Shown: positions 1 through 9,880, counted from the stretch's first letter. The stretch: 57,654 bases of DNA from Bacteroidales bacterium (GCA_036351275.1 JAZBOU010000178.1:1-57654); one strand, 5' to 3'. Notes: generated by a model not told the origin, from the sequence alone. Numbers and translations: made by a program.

Positions 1-15
1 CTGGATTCGATATGT

Positions 16-1035
16 TCAAGATGATTCATGTCCTGTTTTGTTTTTCTGGAGGAAGAGCATCAGGAACGACAGGCCGCCCACCACAATGATCATGACCGTT
101 TGTGCCGCATGTGTCAGTGTGGCAAAGGAAGCTGCCGAAGCCTGGTCTACTCCGTATAATTCAAAAAGTATTGCTTTTACGATAAAATGGTATGTGCCGA
201 TGCCGCCCGGCACGGGTGCCACGATCCCGATGCTGCCGATGCTCATGACCGTGAGAGCGTCCACAAAATCGAGATGCGAGGTGGCTCCTAAAGAGAAAAA
301 CGGCAGGTAGATCATAGCAGTATACATGCCCCAGATAAATATTGTATACAGCAGGAACAGTCCCTTATTCCTGGTTCTTTTAATGGTTTTGATCCCATCT
401 GACATCCCCTTCCCGAATACAGAGAGTTTCCTGTAGAATGCATATTTCTGCAATTTTGTTCGATATCTTCTCCATAGCAGTATCAACAACACAAATAGCG
501 TCAGGAATATGGCGAGAATGATCAATACCGGTACGAAATTATGTTCGAAATGTGAGAAAAGCGGGGTAAAGACATACTTGTCGACAAAGGCACCTACAAG
601 ATCGAGCTGAAAGAGGATCACCGCGATGATGATCAATATCATAATGATCATATCAAAGATCCGCTCCGCAATTACGGTTCCGAGTAATTCAGTGAAGGGG
701 ATGTTCTGTTTCTTACTCAGCACACCGCAGCGGGTCACTTCTCCAAGCCTGGGTACCGCAGTATTGGCCAGGTACCCGGTCATAACCGCATAAAAAGTAG
801 TTGACAGGCGTGTGTGGTGCCCCATCGACCCGATAAGGATGTTCCAGCGCGCAGCCCGGGCAATATGCGATAATATTCCTGCAATGATACTCAGCAGTAT
901 CCAGAAATAATCCGCCGCCAGGATCTGCTCAAAAATTTCCCGTCCGTCCAGGTTCCTGAAAACCAGCCACAGGAATAACACTCCCAATAAGAGGAATATC
1001 ATATAGTTAAAAACAGACAGTGCCTTTTTTACCAA
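16..1035 (-). CDS. Flippase-like / lysylphosphatidylglycerol-synthase TM-region family (UPF0104) polytopic membrane protein
   Basis: 339-aa ORF with about 8 hydrophobic helices and KK before the first helix. C-terminal PVPGGIGTYHF motif is shared with the paralogue at 52273-53367 (PTPGGSGVAEYAF). The first in-frame start is TTG (caa on + strand at 1033-1035). Confidence 0.65.
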   Translation of the reverse strand: MVKKALSVFNYMIFLLLGVLFLWLVFRNLDGREIFEQILAADYFWILLSIIAGILSHIARAARWNILIGSMGHHTRLSTTFYAVMTGYLANTAVPRLGEVTRCGVLSKKQNIPFTELLGTVIAERIFDMIIMILIIIAVILFQLDLVGAFVDKYVFTPLFSHFEHNFVPVLIILAIFLTLFVLLILLWRRYRTKLQKYAFYRKLSVFGKGMSDGIKTIKRTRNKGLFLLYTIFIWGMYTAMIYLPFFSLGATSHLDFVDALTVMSIGSIGIVAPVPGGIGTYHFIVKAILFELYGVDQASAASFATLTHAAQTVMIIVVGGLSFLMLFLQKNKTGHESS

Positions 1036-1039
1036 TACC

Positions 1040-1384
1040 TTAAAGTTTATTATTCGCGTCAGGGAAAATAATGGCAGGTTTGAAATTCACTGCCTCTTCC
1101 AGGTCCATGGAAGCATAAGAAACAATAATGATCAGGTCACCAATTGCAGCTTTCCGGGCAGCCGCGCCATTTAGTGAAATGATACCGGAACCCCGTTCAC
1201 CTTTAATAACATAAGTTTCCAGTCGCTCACCGTTGGTAATATTGTATACATGTACTTTCTCGTTTTCAATAAGCTGTGCTGCATCCATCAAATCCTCGTC
1301 GATGGCTATGCTGCCAACATAATGAAGGTCAGCTTCGGTAATTGTACACCGGTGAATCTTCGATTTAAGTACTTCGATCTGCAT
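1040..1384 (-). CDS. panD: Aspartate 1-decarboxylase
   Basis: 114 aa, [32 protein letters not shown]... with the G-S self-processing site. PanD-like over the full length, ATG start, adjacent to panC. Confidence 0.95.
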   Translation of the reverse strand: MQIEVLKSKIHRCTITEADLHYVGSIAIDEDLMDAAQLIENEKVHVYNITNGERLETYVIKGERGSGIISLNGAAARKAAIGDLIIIVSYASMDLEEAVNFKPAIIFPDANNKL

Positions 1385-1396
1385 ATCAATGCAAAA

Positions 1397-2236
1397 TTAC
1401 ACTTTTAAGTTGTCAATTAAACGAATTTCACCCAGAAAAGTGGCAATAAAGGCCCGGAGTTTTTTTGTTTCATCCCAGTTATTTACCGGTTTAAGCTTAT
1501 CTTCATCGGCAATTACCAGGTATTCAACTTTCATTCCGGGAAGGCTGTTCAGTTTATCTTTTTCTAAACTAAGCACCTCATTTACTGTACCATTACCCAC
1601 TTTGCGCCTGATATTTTTCAGCGACTCATAAATGGATGGGGCGATCTTTCGTTCTTCAGCTGATAAACGGACATTACGGGAACTCATGGCCAGGCCGTCA
1701 GCTTCCCTCACGATCGGGCAACCGATGATCTCAACGGGTATGTTTTGCTGCTCAACCAGCGACTGAATGATCCTCAGTTGCTGATAATCTTTCTCTCCGA
1801 AATAGGCCTTATGCGGGATACAGATCTCAAACAGGCGCTTCACCACTACTGCCACGCCATTGAAATGCCCCGGGCGGTGGGCACCTTCCATCACCCGCTC
1901 AAGGTCTCCAAAATCATAGTGTTCCTGAACCTTCCCGGGGTACATCTCATCCACCGAAGGTGCAAATACCAGGTCACATCCGGCATCTTCCAGTTTGTTG
2001 CAATCATCCTCCAGTGTCCTGGGATACTTCTCAAGGTCAGCCTTGTTATTGAATTGGATCGGATTTACAAAGATGCTTACTACAGAAACATCATTATCAG
2101 AGATAGATTCTGCAAGCAGCGAAAGATGCCCTTCATGCAAAGCACCCATGGTAGGCACAAAACCAACAGACTTCCCCTCCTCCTTTAACCTCAGGATGGT
2201 TTCCTTCGTTTCTTTTATTGTTTCTAAAATCTTCAA
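1397..2236 (-). CDS. panC: Pantoate--beta-alanine ligase (pantothenate synthetase)
   Basis: 279 aa with the VPTMGALHEGHLSL motif and PanC-like length. The first start codon is TTG (caa at 2234-2236); there is no upstream in-frame ATG. Confidence 0.93.
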   Translation of the reverse strand: MKILETIKETKETILRLKEEGKSVGFVPTMGALHEGHLSLLAESISDNDVSVVSIFVNPIQFNNKADLEKYPRTLEDDCNKLEDAGCDLVFAPSVDEMYPGKVQEHYDFGDLERVMEGAHRPGHFNGVAVVVKRLFEICIPHKAYFGEKDYQQLRIIQSLVEQQNIPVEIIGCPIVREADGLAMSSRNVRLSAEERKIAPSIYESLKNIRRKVGNGTVNEVLSLEKDKLNSLPGMKVEYLVIADEDKLKPVNNWDETKKLRAFIATFLGEIRLIDNLKV

Positions 2237-2306
2237 TGCTAAAATTTCAAATACCTAAAGCCAAACGCCCAAAGCCTGAAGCTTGTCTCGATTTGAGTAG
2301 AGGGGC

Positions 2307-2816
2307 TTAATTGAGCATTTCCGATATATCCTGCTCCAGCGTATTCTCCGGTGTTTCGATTATACGACCGATTTCCTCACCATTGCGGTAGAAAATAAAG
2401 GTTGGTACTTTAACAATGTCGAGGTCTGATATGTCGACCTCCCCGGCAGTTTTATTTCCGTCGACGCAAATTACCGAGACCAGGTCTTGCGGATATTTCA
2501 CGGTTTCCAAAACCCGGTAGAAGCGGGGAACCTGTTCCTGGCTGTCGTGACACCAGGTTCCCAGCACTATGAGTATTTCTGCATCCCTGCTAAGTGTTGC
2601 AATTTCATTGATATATTGCATATCAACCTCGTACTGAGCATATTCTTCATTAAAAATTTCGCCAAATTCCCCTTCCATGAGACCATCCAGCGTACAATGG
2701 CCGATCAGGATTTCATCCTCATGAACAGGATCCATGATCTTTTTATTTGTTTCCTGTGTATAAGCATTTGTTCCAATGGTTAACAGGAGCACAATAAACC
2801 AAATCGTAGTTTTCAT
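2307..2816 (-). CDS. Secreted thioredoxin-fold protein (monothiol WCHDS motif)
   Basis: The ORF track gives 2307-2849 with a TTG start. The internal ATG at 2816 yields the signal peptide MKTTIWFIVLLLTIGTNAYTQ. Thioredoxin-like LGTWCHDSQEQVP motif, with C-x-x-S instead of C-x-x-C. Confidence 0.65.
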   Translation of the reverse strand: MKTTIWFIVLLLTIGTNAYTQETNKKIMDPVHEDEILIGHCTLDGLMEGEFGEIFNEEYAQYEVDMQYINEIATLSRDAEILIVLGTWCHDSQEQVPRFYRVLETVKYPQDLVSVICVDGNKTAGEVDISDLDIVKVPTFIFYRNGEEIGRIIETPENTLEQDISEMLN

Positions 2817-2894
2817 TGTTATATATTTGACATTATCATTGAGCGACAAAGATATGCAATGATTTTAAGCAGTAAGCGTTTAAATTTTATACTG

Positions 2895-2902
2895 TAATTT
2901 TG
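2895..2902 (+). promoter_or_regulatory. Bacteroidota -7 box TAATTTTG
   Basis: Matches TAnnTTTG, 14 nt upstream of the ATG at 2916. Confidence 0.45.
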
Positions 2903-2915
2903 CAAAAAAGAAGAT

Positions 2916-3371
2916 ATGAGCGGAGAAGACAGGTCATTTAATGAAAACCTTGATTTGCTGATCAAGCTATTCAAGCGTCTGAAGGATAAAGCCTCTTTCG
3001 ACGACATGCCCGGTATTGACAAAACCTTTTACCAGAATTTTGAATACCTGCTCAGCAATTATGAGAATATGCGTGACCAGTTGTCGGAAGAGCTTTTGAG
3101 TAAATTCGGGGAACCTGTTAAAGGGATGATCGCCAGCCTTGTTGAACAATTGAAAATGGAGCTTGGGGATGATATCGGTGACCTCGACCTTGATGATGAA
3201 GCAAAAGAAGAGATCGAAATACCGGATGATATTGCCAAGATAGACGAGATGCTAAAAAAACAAGATCTCACGGATGAGGAGGTCAACAAACTTCTCGACG
3301 AACGCTCAAGGCTGGTTAAAAATCAGCCGGTCGATCCCAACGATATTCTTTCCAATCCGGACCTGGGTTGA
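2916..3371 (+). CDS. Hypothetical acidic protein
   Basis: 151-aa ORF with ATG start, preceded by a -7 box. Asp/Glu-rich helical sequence; no recognisable motif. Confidence 0.5.
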   Translation: MSGEDRSFNENLDLLIKLFKRLKDKASFDDMPGIDKTFYQNFEYLLSNYENMRDQLSEELLSKFGEPVKGMIASLVEQLKMELGDDIGDLDLDDEAKEEIEIPDDIAKIDEMLKKQDLTDEEVNKLLDERSRLVKNQPVDPNDILSNPDLG

Positions 3372-3421
3372 ACCTTGACTATTTAGATCCTTCCTGCCGG
3401 CGATTATAAAGGCTAATTTCA

Positions 3422-3429
3422 TATATTTG
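3422..3429 (+). promoter_or_regulatory. Bacteroidota -7 box TATATTTG
   Basis: Matches TAnnTTTG, about 75 nt upstream of the ATG at 3504. Confidence 0.4.
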
Positions 3430-3503
3430 CCTTACTTAACCCAAAAATCAAAAAACTGATCACGGCAAGTTACAGACTGGCAGTCGTTATAATCAGAACA
3501 TAC

Positions 3504-5276
3504 ATGATAAAACCGATCACGGTTTTGTTGTTGTTCTCATTATCACCTCACCAATTCGTGTTGGCAGATGAAACATTTGACTTCCGGGACCTCCCTGATG
3601 ATACAACCAAGGTATCCTTGTTGCTTGATCTTGGACAAGAGTATTGCAGTGTAGACAATGACAAAGCCCTGAGCTACCTGCAGGAGGCTTTCACCATATC
3701 GGCAAAAGAAAACTATGACCTCGGTACCGGGAGGAGCCTTCTCTGGCAGGGACGTGTTTATTACTACAAGGATGATTATACGCTTGCTAACAAATACTTT
3801 GACCTGGCGGAAGAACGGATCATGGAGATTGATGACCAGGAGGCATTAGTTTTGCTTTACTTCTTCAGGGGGGAGGTATGTAAACTCCTGGGTGACTATA
3901 TAAGTGCGCTCGAACACTATAAACGGGTGATCACCCTGTCCGAACATAGCTCGAATAAGATAATCTCCTCGGCATCATACGTAGCGCTCGGGCATGTACT
4001 GATGAAACGCAATGAACCGGGGAAAGCCATAAACTACTTCAGGGAGGGTATGGTCCAGAAACTGGAAATAGATGATGAGTATGGAATAGCCTGTGTGTAT
4101 ACACAGCTCGGAGAAGCTTACGAAATGATGCATGAGTATGATTCTGCCCTGATAAATTATACTAAGGGGCTTGAGATCAGGGAAAGACTGAATATCAGCC
4201 GTGTTATCGCCAGTTCCAAATACGCCATCAGTGGGCTACTGATAAAACTCGGCCAGTGCAGGGAAGCTATTGAAATGCTGACCGATGCCATACAGCGCTT
4301 TGATTTACTTGATGAAAAAACGGGGGTGTGTATCTCAAGCTACCGTCTTGCTGAAGCATACAGTTGTATCAACGACCCGAGGGGAATAACACTTGCGCAG
4401 AAAACACAGGAAATGGCTGCCGAGATTAAAAATCCTTCACTTGTGAGCCTGGGATATCGATCACTGGCAAAAATTTATGCCAACAACAAGGAATTTGAAA
4501 AAGCACTTGACTGCCAGAAAAGACACAAGCATTTGGAGGATAGTCTTTTTACTGCAGAAAAGGAGCGTCTGCTGGTTGAGTTTGAACAAAAGTTCCAATC
4601 TGAGCAAAAAGATAATAAGATTGCCCAGCTTCACAATGAAAGCAAGATCCAACGGCAAAACATCCTCTTGCTCAGCATTTCCAGTTTAACTCTCCTGATC
4701 ATCGTGTTGCTGGTCATCATTTTATTACGGTATAAGTCGCTGGCTTTCAAAAAAAGTGCACTCCTGATGGAACAGGAGAACATCATACATGCTCAGGAAA
4801 GCAAGATCAGGGAAAATGAGAACAAGATACTGCAGGATCAGCTGGAGGTGAAGAACAGGGAGCTGGCATCCAAAGCACTGGAAATGATCCGATACAATGA
4901 TACCATTCGCAGCATCCTTGAAAAGCTGGACGATATCCACAACAACCCGGACATTAGCGAAGAGGTTTCAACACATATTAAAGGTATCATAAACGAACTT
5001 GACAGGAAAAACAAGCAAAACATCTGGGATGAATTTGACAGGATATTCAAGAACATCCACTCCGGTTTTTATACTCGCTTGCTTGAAAAATGCCCTGACC
5101 TGACCCCTACCGAGATCAAGACTGCTGCTTTGCTTAAACTCAACCTGACCACCAAGGAAATTGCAGCCATCACCTATAAATCGGAAGGGGGCATCAAGAC
5201 CACGCGTTACCGCCTGCGCAAAAAACTCGGACTTTCTTCCGACGATAAACTCATCCCCTTCCTCATAAAAATTTAG
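3504..5276 (+). CDS. TPR-repeat, single-pass membrane transcriptional regulator with C-terminal LuxR-type HTH
   Basis: 590 aa. Signal/anchor, then about 350 aa of TPR-like repeats, a TM segment LLLSISSLTLLIIVLLVIILL, a coiled coil, and a C-terminal TPTEIKTAALLKLNLTTKEIAAITYKSEGGIKTTRYRLRKKLGL (LuxR/GerE HTH). Confidence 0.8.
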   Translation: MIKPITVLLLFSLSPHQFVLADETFDFRDLPDDTTKVSLLLDLGQEYCSVDNDKALSYLQEAFTISAKENYDLGTGRSLLWQGRVYYYKDDYTLANKYFDLAEERIMEIDDQEALVLLYFFRGEVCKLLGDYISALEHYKRVITLSEHSSNKIISSASYVALGHVLMKRNEPGKAINYFREGMVQKLEIDDEYGIACVYTQLGEAYEMMHEYDSALINYTKGLEIRERLNISRVIASSKYAISGLLIKLGQCREAIEMLTDAIQRFDLLDEKTGVCISSYRLAEAYSCINDPRGITLAQKTQEMAAEIKNPSLVSLGYRSLAKIYANNKEFEKALDCQKRHKHLEDSLFTAEKERLLVEFEQKFQSEQKDNKIAQLHNESKIQRQNILLLSISSLTLLIIVLLVIILLRYKSLAFKKSALLMEQENIIHAQESKIRENENKILQDQLEVKNRELASKALEMIRYNDTIRSILEKLDDIHNNPDISEEVSTHIKGIINELDRKNKQNIWDEFDRIFKNIHSGFYTRLLEKCPDLTPTEIKTAALLKLNLTTKEIAAITYKSEGGIKTTRYRLRKKLGLSSDDKLIPFLIKI

Positions 5277-5416
5277 GAAGCATAACTCCCTCTCTTACTT
5301 CTTTTTACAAAAATTGTGACTTTTTGAAACCCTGCTGAAACTTTTAGCATACCCGTAAAATTTTCCGGGCAAGGCGGCGCACATTACTTTCGCCTTATGA
5401 ATGCCTGGCAGCACCT

Positions 5417-5557
5417 ATGAACAAGCGAAAATCAAATATGAAAAAAGCCAATGGCAAGGCTGATGATTTGAAATATATCTCAGACATCAGGAAAAAGCTC
5501 CAGCAGCAACAGGAAGCTTTGCGGAAAATAATTGAAAATCTTAAAAACGATAATTAA
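5417..5557 (+). CDS. Possible small ORF (46 aa, Lys/Gln-rich, coiled-coil-like)
   Basis: Read by hand as MNKRKSNMKKANGKADDLKYISDIRKKLQQQQEALRKIIENLKNDN. Too short for the ORF track; it lies in an otherwise empty 300-bp intergenic gap. No other support. Confidence 0.2.
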   Translation: MNKRKSNMKKANGKADDLKYISDIRKKLQQQQEALRKIIENLKNDN

Positions 5558-5575
5558 CCTTTAAAACCAATTATT

Positions 5576-6631
5576 ATGAAAAAGTACACATTTAGTTTAA
5601 TCTTTGTATCAATTCTGTTCTTGGCATTCACTGCATGCCAGAAGGACGAGGCAGACCAGGATGATCCGGAACCGGTGCCGGAAGTTGATAATTCATTGAT
5701 CATCGCACAAACGGACGTCTATACATATGTTATCGTATCCCCAACGACCGGGGCTGTATTATCGGCCGTTCAACCCAATGTCATCAGTCTTGAGAGATGG
5801 ACACTGGGTTATCATAGCAACAAGGCCGTGTTTACAAGCAAGGAGCCCGGGGGAAGTTTTGTAAAAGTGATCTACACCTGCGAAAGGGCAACAGGGAATA
5901 GCTTATTTCAGGTGACCAGTGAAGAGGACTGGGATGTAAGTGAATTTGATGTTTCACCCGTTGCACCCACAATTGTTTTTGCAGCGCAGGATGTGGATAT
6001 GCTTTCCGATGACCAGATCCACAGGATCAACGAAGACGGGAGTGCCTACCAGCAGCTCACTTTTAAAGATGAAGGAATTGAGTGCCCCGGCAAAATTGCC
6101 ACAAAAATGGTTTTTGCCTATGAGCCTGCTTGGTCACCAAATGGTGCCTACATAGCATTCAATGGAAAGCTCAGGGAGATCGACAGTAATCACCCTCATG
6201 ATGCCATAATTATAATGGATGCCAATGGCAATAACAAACAGGTTGTTTACAGCGAACCTCTTAATACGATCAATATTTCGGATATCTGCTGGACACAGGA
6301 TGGCAAATTTTTGGTATTCCTCATGGGCCTTGGGAATGAAATGCAGGTGAAGGTGCTGAACGTAAATACCCTGGGGATGATTGACATCACTAACCAACTG
6401 ACGGTAAATGGCAGCCAACCTACAAGTCTCTGGACATCTCCGAGTACCAACCAGATCGTGTTCAATAAATATGAACCCGGCGGTGGCGACCTCTACCTGA
6501 TCAATTATCTTATCAGCGATACCGAACAGTTCATTGTAAATGGGACATGGACCATGCTTGCCTCCAGGGAAGCAAGTGGTTACCATTATGGAGAGCCCAA
6601 CTGGCAACACTGGCCGGCAAACCTGGAATAA
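5576..6631 (+). CDS. Lipoprotein with TolB/PD40-like beta-propeller repeats
   Basis: 351 aa, lipobox LAFTAC. PD40-like segments AWSPNGAYIAFNG and CWTQDGKFLVF. Confidence 0.6.
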   Translation: MKKYTFSLIFVSILFLAFTACQKDEADQDDPEPVPEVDNSLIIAQTDVYTYVIVSPTTGAVLSAVQPNVISLERWTLGYHSNKAVFTSKEPGGSFVKVIYTCERATGNSLFQVTSEEDWDVSEFDVSPVAPTIVFAAQDVDMLSDDQIHRINEDGSAYQQLTFKDEGIECPGKIATKMVFAYEPAWSPNGAYIAFNGKLREIDSNHPHDAIIIMDANGNNKQVVYSEPLNTINISDICWTQDGKFLVFLMGLGNEMQVKVLNVNTLGMIDITNQLTVNGSQPTSLWTSPSTNQIVFNKYEPGGGDLYLINYLISDTEQFIVNGTWTMLASREASGYHYGEPNWQHWPANLE

Positions 6632-6657
6632 TAATCAATCAATAAATAAAATAAAAC

Positions 6658-7692
6658 ATGAAAAGGATTATACTGATCGCAATACTGCTGCTTTCATACG
6701 CAGGAACAAATGCTCAGATCACGCTGACGGCTTCCAATAATCTTGAAGTTGGCGATACTTATCAATATGATATTTTCGATGAAGTAAGCAGCCTTGATCT
6801 GGGTACGACAGGCAGCGGGAACAGCTGGGATTTCAGCGGGATCAACGGGATCTTCATAGAAGGCGTCCCCGCTGAATGTGTCCACCCTGCAGCTACGCCT
6901 TTCGCCGACTCCGCTGCTGTTGCGGATGCCAACATTTGTACGAAACCAGCGGGATCCTTAGATGGTGCATACGCTTACTATAATCAAAATAGCAGTCATC
7001 AGGTTTTGCTTGCACACGGACATTATGCAACGGGAAACATTTCCTTTGCTAATTACTATGACGACCTGATAGGAATGGAACTCCCTTTCACATATGGTGA
7101 CACTTACATGGACGGTTATGATGTTAAAATTTATAATGTCACCGCAGGCGGTTATCTGATGAGGGATTCCGGTACCATATACACTGAAGCAGATGCTTAC
7201 GGTGATCTGATCACACCTGCTGGCACTTATAACAATGTGCTCAGAGTCACTACAACAACTACGTCCTTCACATGGATGAATTTCGCTGGAGAATGGACAT
7301 TCACGGGTATGAGCAGCACCATAAATTATGACTGGTTCGCAGAAGGAATCAAAGTGCCTGTGATGTCAGTAACAGAATTTGTCGGATTTACCGGATACTC
7401 TACCAAATATCTGTCGGATTACAATTTCCCGGTTGGTATCAGGGAAGAGGGATTAAATGAATTTGATCTTTACCCCAACCCTGCTATAAATCAAATTACC
7501 ATTCGCTGTTCCTCAGATATACAGGAATGGAAGGTTATTAGTATGAGCGGACAGGTGTTGGACGAGGGAAGAATTGCGAGGGGGGCGAAATCTCACTACC
7601 TGTCATTATCAGCACTGAACCCCGGAATGTATTTACTGGAAATCCGATTCCCGGATGGTGCTGCATCAAGAAAGTGCTTTGTGAAGCGCTAA
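6658..7692 (+). CDS. Secreted protein with T9SS C-terminal sorting domain
   Basis: 344 aa with a signal peptide. C-terminal about 80 aa DLYPNPAINQITIRC...GMYLLEIRF...FVKR is typical of Por_Secre_tail. Confidence 0.75.
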   Translation: MKRIILIAILLLSYAGTNAQITLTASNNLEVGDTYQYDIFDEVSSLDLGTTGSGNSWDFSGINGIFIEGVPAECVHPAATPFADSAAVADANICTKPAGSLDGAYAYYNQNSSHQVLLAHGHYATGNISFANYYDDLIGMELPFTYGDTYMDGYDVKIYNVTAGGYLMRDSGTIYTEADAYGDLITPAGTYNNVLRVTTTTTSFTWMNFAGEWTFTGMSSTINYDWFAEGIKVPVMSVTEFVGFTGYSTKYLSDYNFPVGIREEGLNEFDLYPNPAINQITIRCSSDIQEWKVISMSGQVLDEGRIARGAKSHYLSLSALNPGMYLLEIRFPDGAASRKCFVKR

Positions 7693-7706
7693 ATAGATCA
7701 TTTTAT

Positions 7707-7736
7707 GGGCCCCCGGATTTTCCGGGGGTTTTTTTT
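7707..7736 (+). terminator. Rho-independent terminator
   Basis: Stem CCCCCGG (7710-7716), loop ATTTT, stem CCGGGGG (7722-7728), then an 8-T run, 15 nt after the stop at 7692. Confidence 0.85.
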
Positions 7737-7789
7737 ACTGAACATTCATCCATGGTAGTTGTTAATACCTAATCTAATATACATGTTGA

Positions 7790-8155
7790 ATGAGCACTGA
7801 TCATTACATCCAAAACATATTCAGGCTGGTTGACACCATGGACGGGGCAGGCCTTGCCTCCATGATGACCGGGGACGGGATCTTTCGTTTCGCAAATATG
7901 CCGCCTGTAGAGGGAAGAGAAGCGATAACAGCTTTCCTCGATAATTTTTTCCAGAGTATCAAAGGCATTGCCCATGACCGGCTTGAAGACTGGAAGGTGG
8001 GCGAAACCCGTTTTGCCACAGGCAGGGTAAGCTATACCAGGCATGACGACAGCAAGCTGCAGGTGCCTTTTTCAGTGATCCTGAAAATGCAGGGTGAGTT
8101 AATAAATGAATACCTGATCTTCGTTGATGCATCGGAACTGTATACTCAAAAATAA
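7790..8155 (+). CDS. SnoaL-like / NTF2-fold protein
   Basis: 121 aa. Sequence pattern FRLVDTMD...MMTGDGIFRFANMPPVEGREAITAFLDNFF...YLIFVD is typical of the SnoaL-like polyketide cyclase fold. Confidence 0.65.
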   Translation: MSTDHYIQNIFRLVDTMDGAGLASMMTGDGIFRFANMPPVEGREAITAFLDNFFQSIKGIAHDRLEDWKVGETRFATGRVSYTRHDDSKLQVPFSVILKMQGELINEYLIFVDASELYTQK

Positions 8156-8201
8156 TCATTCTAAATAAGAGCAGTCTTTTCATATTTAAGATCTAGCATA
8201 T

Positions 8202-8209
8202 TACATTTG
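8202..8209 (+). promoter_or_regulatory. Bacteroidota -7 box TACATTTG
   Basis: Matches TAnnTTTG, 37 nt upstream of the ATG at 8246. Confidence 0.45.
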
Positions 8210-8245
8210 TTGCGCTGTGAACAAATTTTATAACATGCTAATCTT

Positions 8246-9037
8246 ATGAAAACAAAAAGCTTTCTTTTTCTTCCAATAGCAAGCCTGCTTATTATCATTT
8301 ACGGTTTTGGAGGTAGTACAAAATGGCCCGGGGGATCTCCGGGAGGGTACACTGGTTCACCGGGTGACGGTAAGGACTGTACCAATTGCCATGGAGGCAA
8401 TGCATCTCAGGTAGCGGGATGGATAACCTCCGATATACCCCCCGAAGGGTATATTCCGGGTGAAACATATACGATCAGCTTATCCGTTTCCGGTACTGGT
8501 GACAAAGGATTTGAGGTTTCCCCCCAGGACCTGCAGGGAAACCTGATAGGTTCGCTGATTGACGGACCCGGCATACATCTTGTGGCGGGAAATACTGCTG
8601 TAACACAGGATGATGCAACCTCAGCCAATCCTGCCCAATGGCAATTTGAGTGGATCGCTCCCGAAGAAGGCACGGGCGATGTGACTTTTTACGGAGCATT
8701 TACGGTGAATAAACCGGTAACCAGGTTATCAACTTTAGTTGCCCAGGAAAATACGGGCGTATCCATCCCGGAACATGAAAACCCACAGGTAAACATATTT
8801 CCAAACCCGGCAAGTAAAGATCTTCACATTACATACCATACCGAAGAAACAGGGGCACTCACGATCGACCTGATTTCCATGAACGGTACGATCATAAGGA
8901 TCCTGGAGAAAATGATATCAGGCGCGGGTGTTTATACATTCGATCATGAGCTGGCACCATCAATTCAGCCGGGTATTTATATTGTACGGATTTCCAGTCC
9001 GGCAGGGGCAGAAAATCACAGGTTGATTGTAAGGTAA
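8246..9037 (+). CDS. T9SS-sorted secreted protein with a single CxxCH motif (putative surface haem protein)
   Basis: 263 aa with a signal peptide. GYTGSPGDGKDCTNCHGG near the N-terminus, and a C-terminal T9SS sorting domain (NIFPNPASKDLHITY...GIYIVRISS...LIVR). Confidence 0.7.
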   Translation: MKTKSFLFLPIASLLIIIYGFGGSTKWPGGSPGGYTGSPGDGKDCTNCHGGNASQVAGWITSDIPPEGYIPGETYTISLSVSGTGDKGFEVSPQDLQGNLIGSLIDGPGIHLVAGNTAVTQDDATSANPAQWQFEWIAPEEGTGDVTFYGAFTVNKPVTRLSTLVAQENTGVSIPEHENPQVNIFPNPASKDLHITYHTEETGALTIDLISMNGTIIRILEKMISGAGVYTFDHELAPSIQPGIYIVRISSPAGAENHRLIVR

Positions 9038-9097
9038 GGAATGTTATCGCTATCTTTACAGAACTGAAAGGTACAATTCAGCCAGAAAATTTCAATT

Positions 9098-9793
9098 ATG
9101 TCAAATCCAAAAATTGACAGCGATTGCAAAAACTGCCAGCGACGCAATAACATATTCGCCCTTCTGAATGAAGAAGAGCTCAAACTGGTGAATGAACACC
9201 GTTACGAACTTGTTTTTAACCCCGGGGAAATCATCTTTAAACAGGGATCGCCGCTCACCCATGTAGCCTGCATAACTGAAGGCCTTGCAAAAATATATAT
9301 AGAGGGCCTGAACAGGCGAAACCTGATTTTATCTTTTGCAAAACCTGTACAAATGATTGGCGGCCCGGGAATGTTTGTCGATTACCGACATCATTTCACC
9401 GTTGCTGCAGTTGAAGAGACCACAGCCTGCCTTGTTGATACCAAAATTATTGAACAGCTTATTGAAAGCAATGCACGTTTTGCCTGCGACCTGTTAAAGC
9501 GTACCAATCAGGTTACCATAGGCAATTTCAATAAATTCATCCATCTTACGCAGAAGCAGATGCATGGCCGTATTGCCGATGCTTTCATCCTGCTGGAAGA
9601 AGAAATATATGGCAGGAACCCTTTTCTTCTTTCTCTTTCCCGCCAGGATCTTGCCGACCTTACTGCTATGTCGAAAGAAAACGTCATCCGTGTTATAAAG
9701 TCCTTCAGAGACCAGGATTTCATTAAAACTGACGGGAACGTTGTTGAAATACTGAATAAGAAAGAATTGGTCAGGATCAGTGAGACCGGGTAA
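9098..9793 (+). CDS. Crp/Fnr family transcriptional regulator
   Basis: 231 aa. cNMP-binding-like beta-roll (FNPGEIIFKQGSP...), C-terminal HTH LSRQDLADLTAMSKENVIRVIKSF, and an N-terminal CKNC pair. Confidence 0.9.
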   Translation: MSNPKIDSDCKNCQRRNNIFALLNEEELKLVNEHRYELVFNPGEIIFKQGSPLTHVACITEGLAKIYIEGLNRRNLILSFAKPVQMIGGPGMFVDYRHHFTVAAVEETTACLVDTKIIEQLIESNARFACDLLKRTNQVTIGNFNKFIHLTQKQMHGRIADAFILLEEEIYGRNPFLLSLSRQDLADLTAMSKENVIRVIKSFRDQDFIKTDGNVVEILNKKELVRISETG

Positions 9794-9872
9794 GGCAAAT
9801 CATCAATTTATACTCAGTCCAATTAATGATATCGTTATTTCACCGCCAATCAGTTCAAACTATAAAGCGTTG

Positions 9873-9880
9873 TATATTTG
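9873..9880 (+). promoter_or_regulatory. Bacteroidota -7 box TATATTTG
   Basis: Matches TAnnTTTG, 19 nt upstream of the FNR-type palindrome and 176 nt upstream of the ATG at 10056. Confidence 0.4.
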
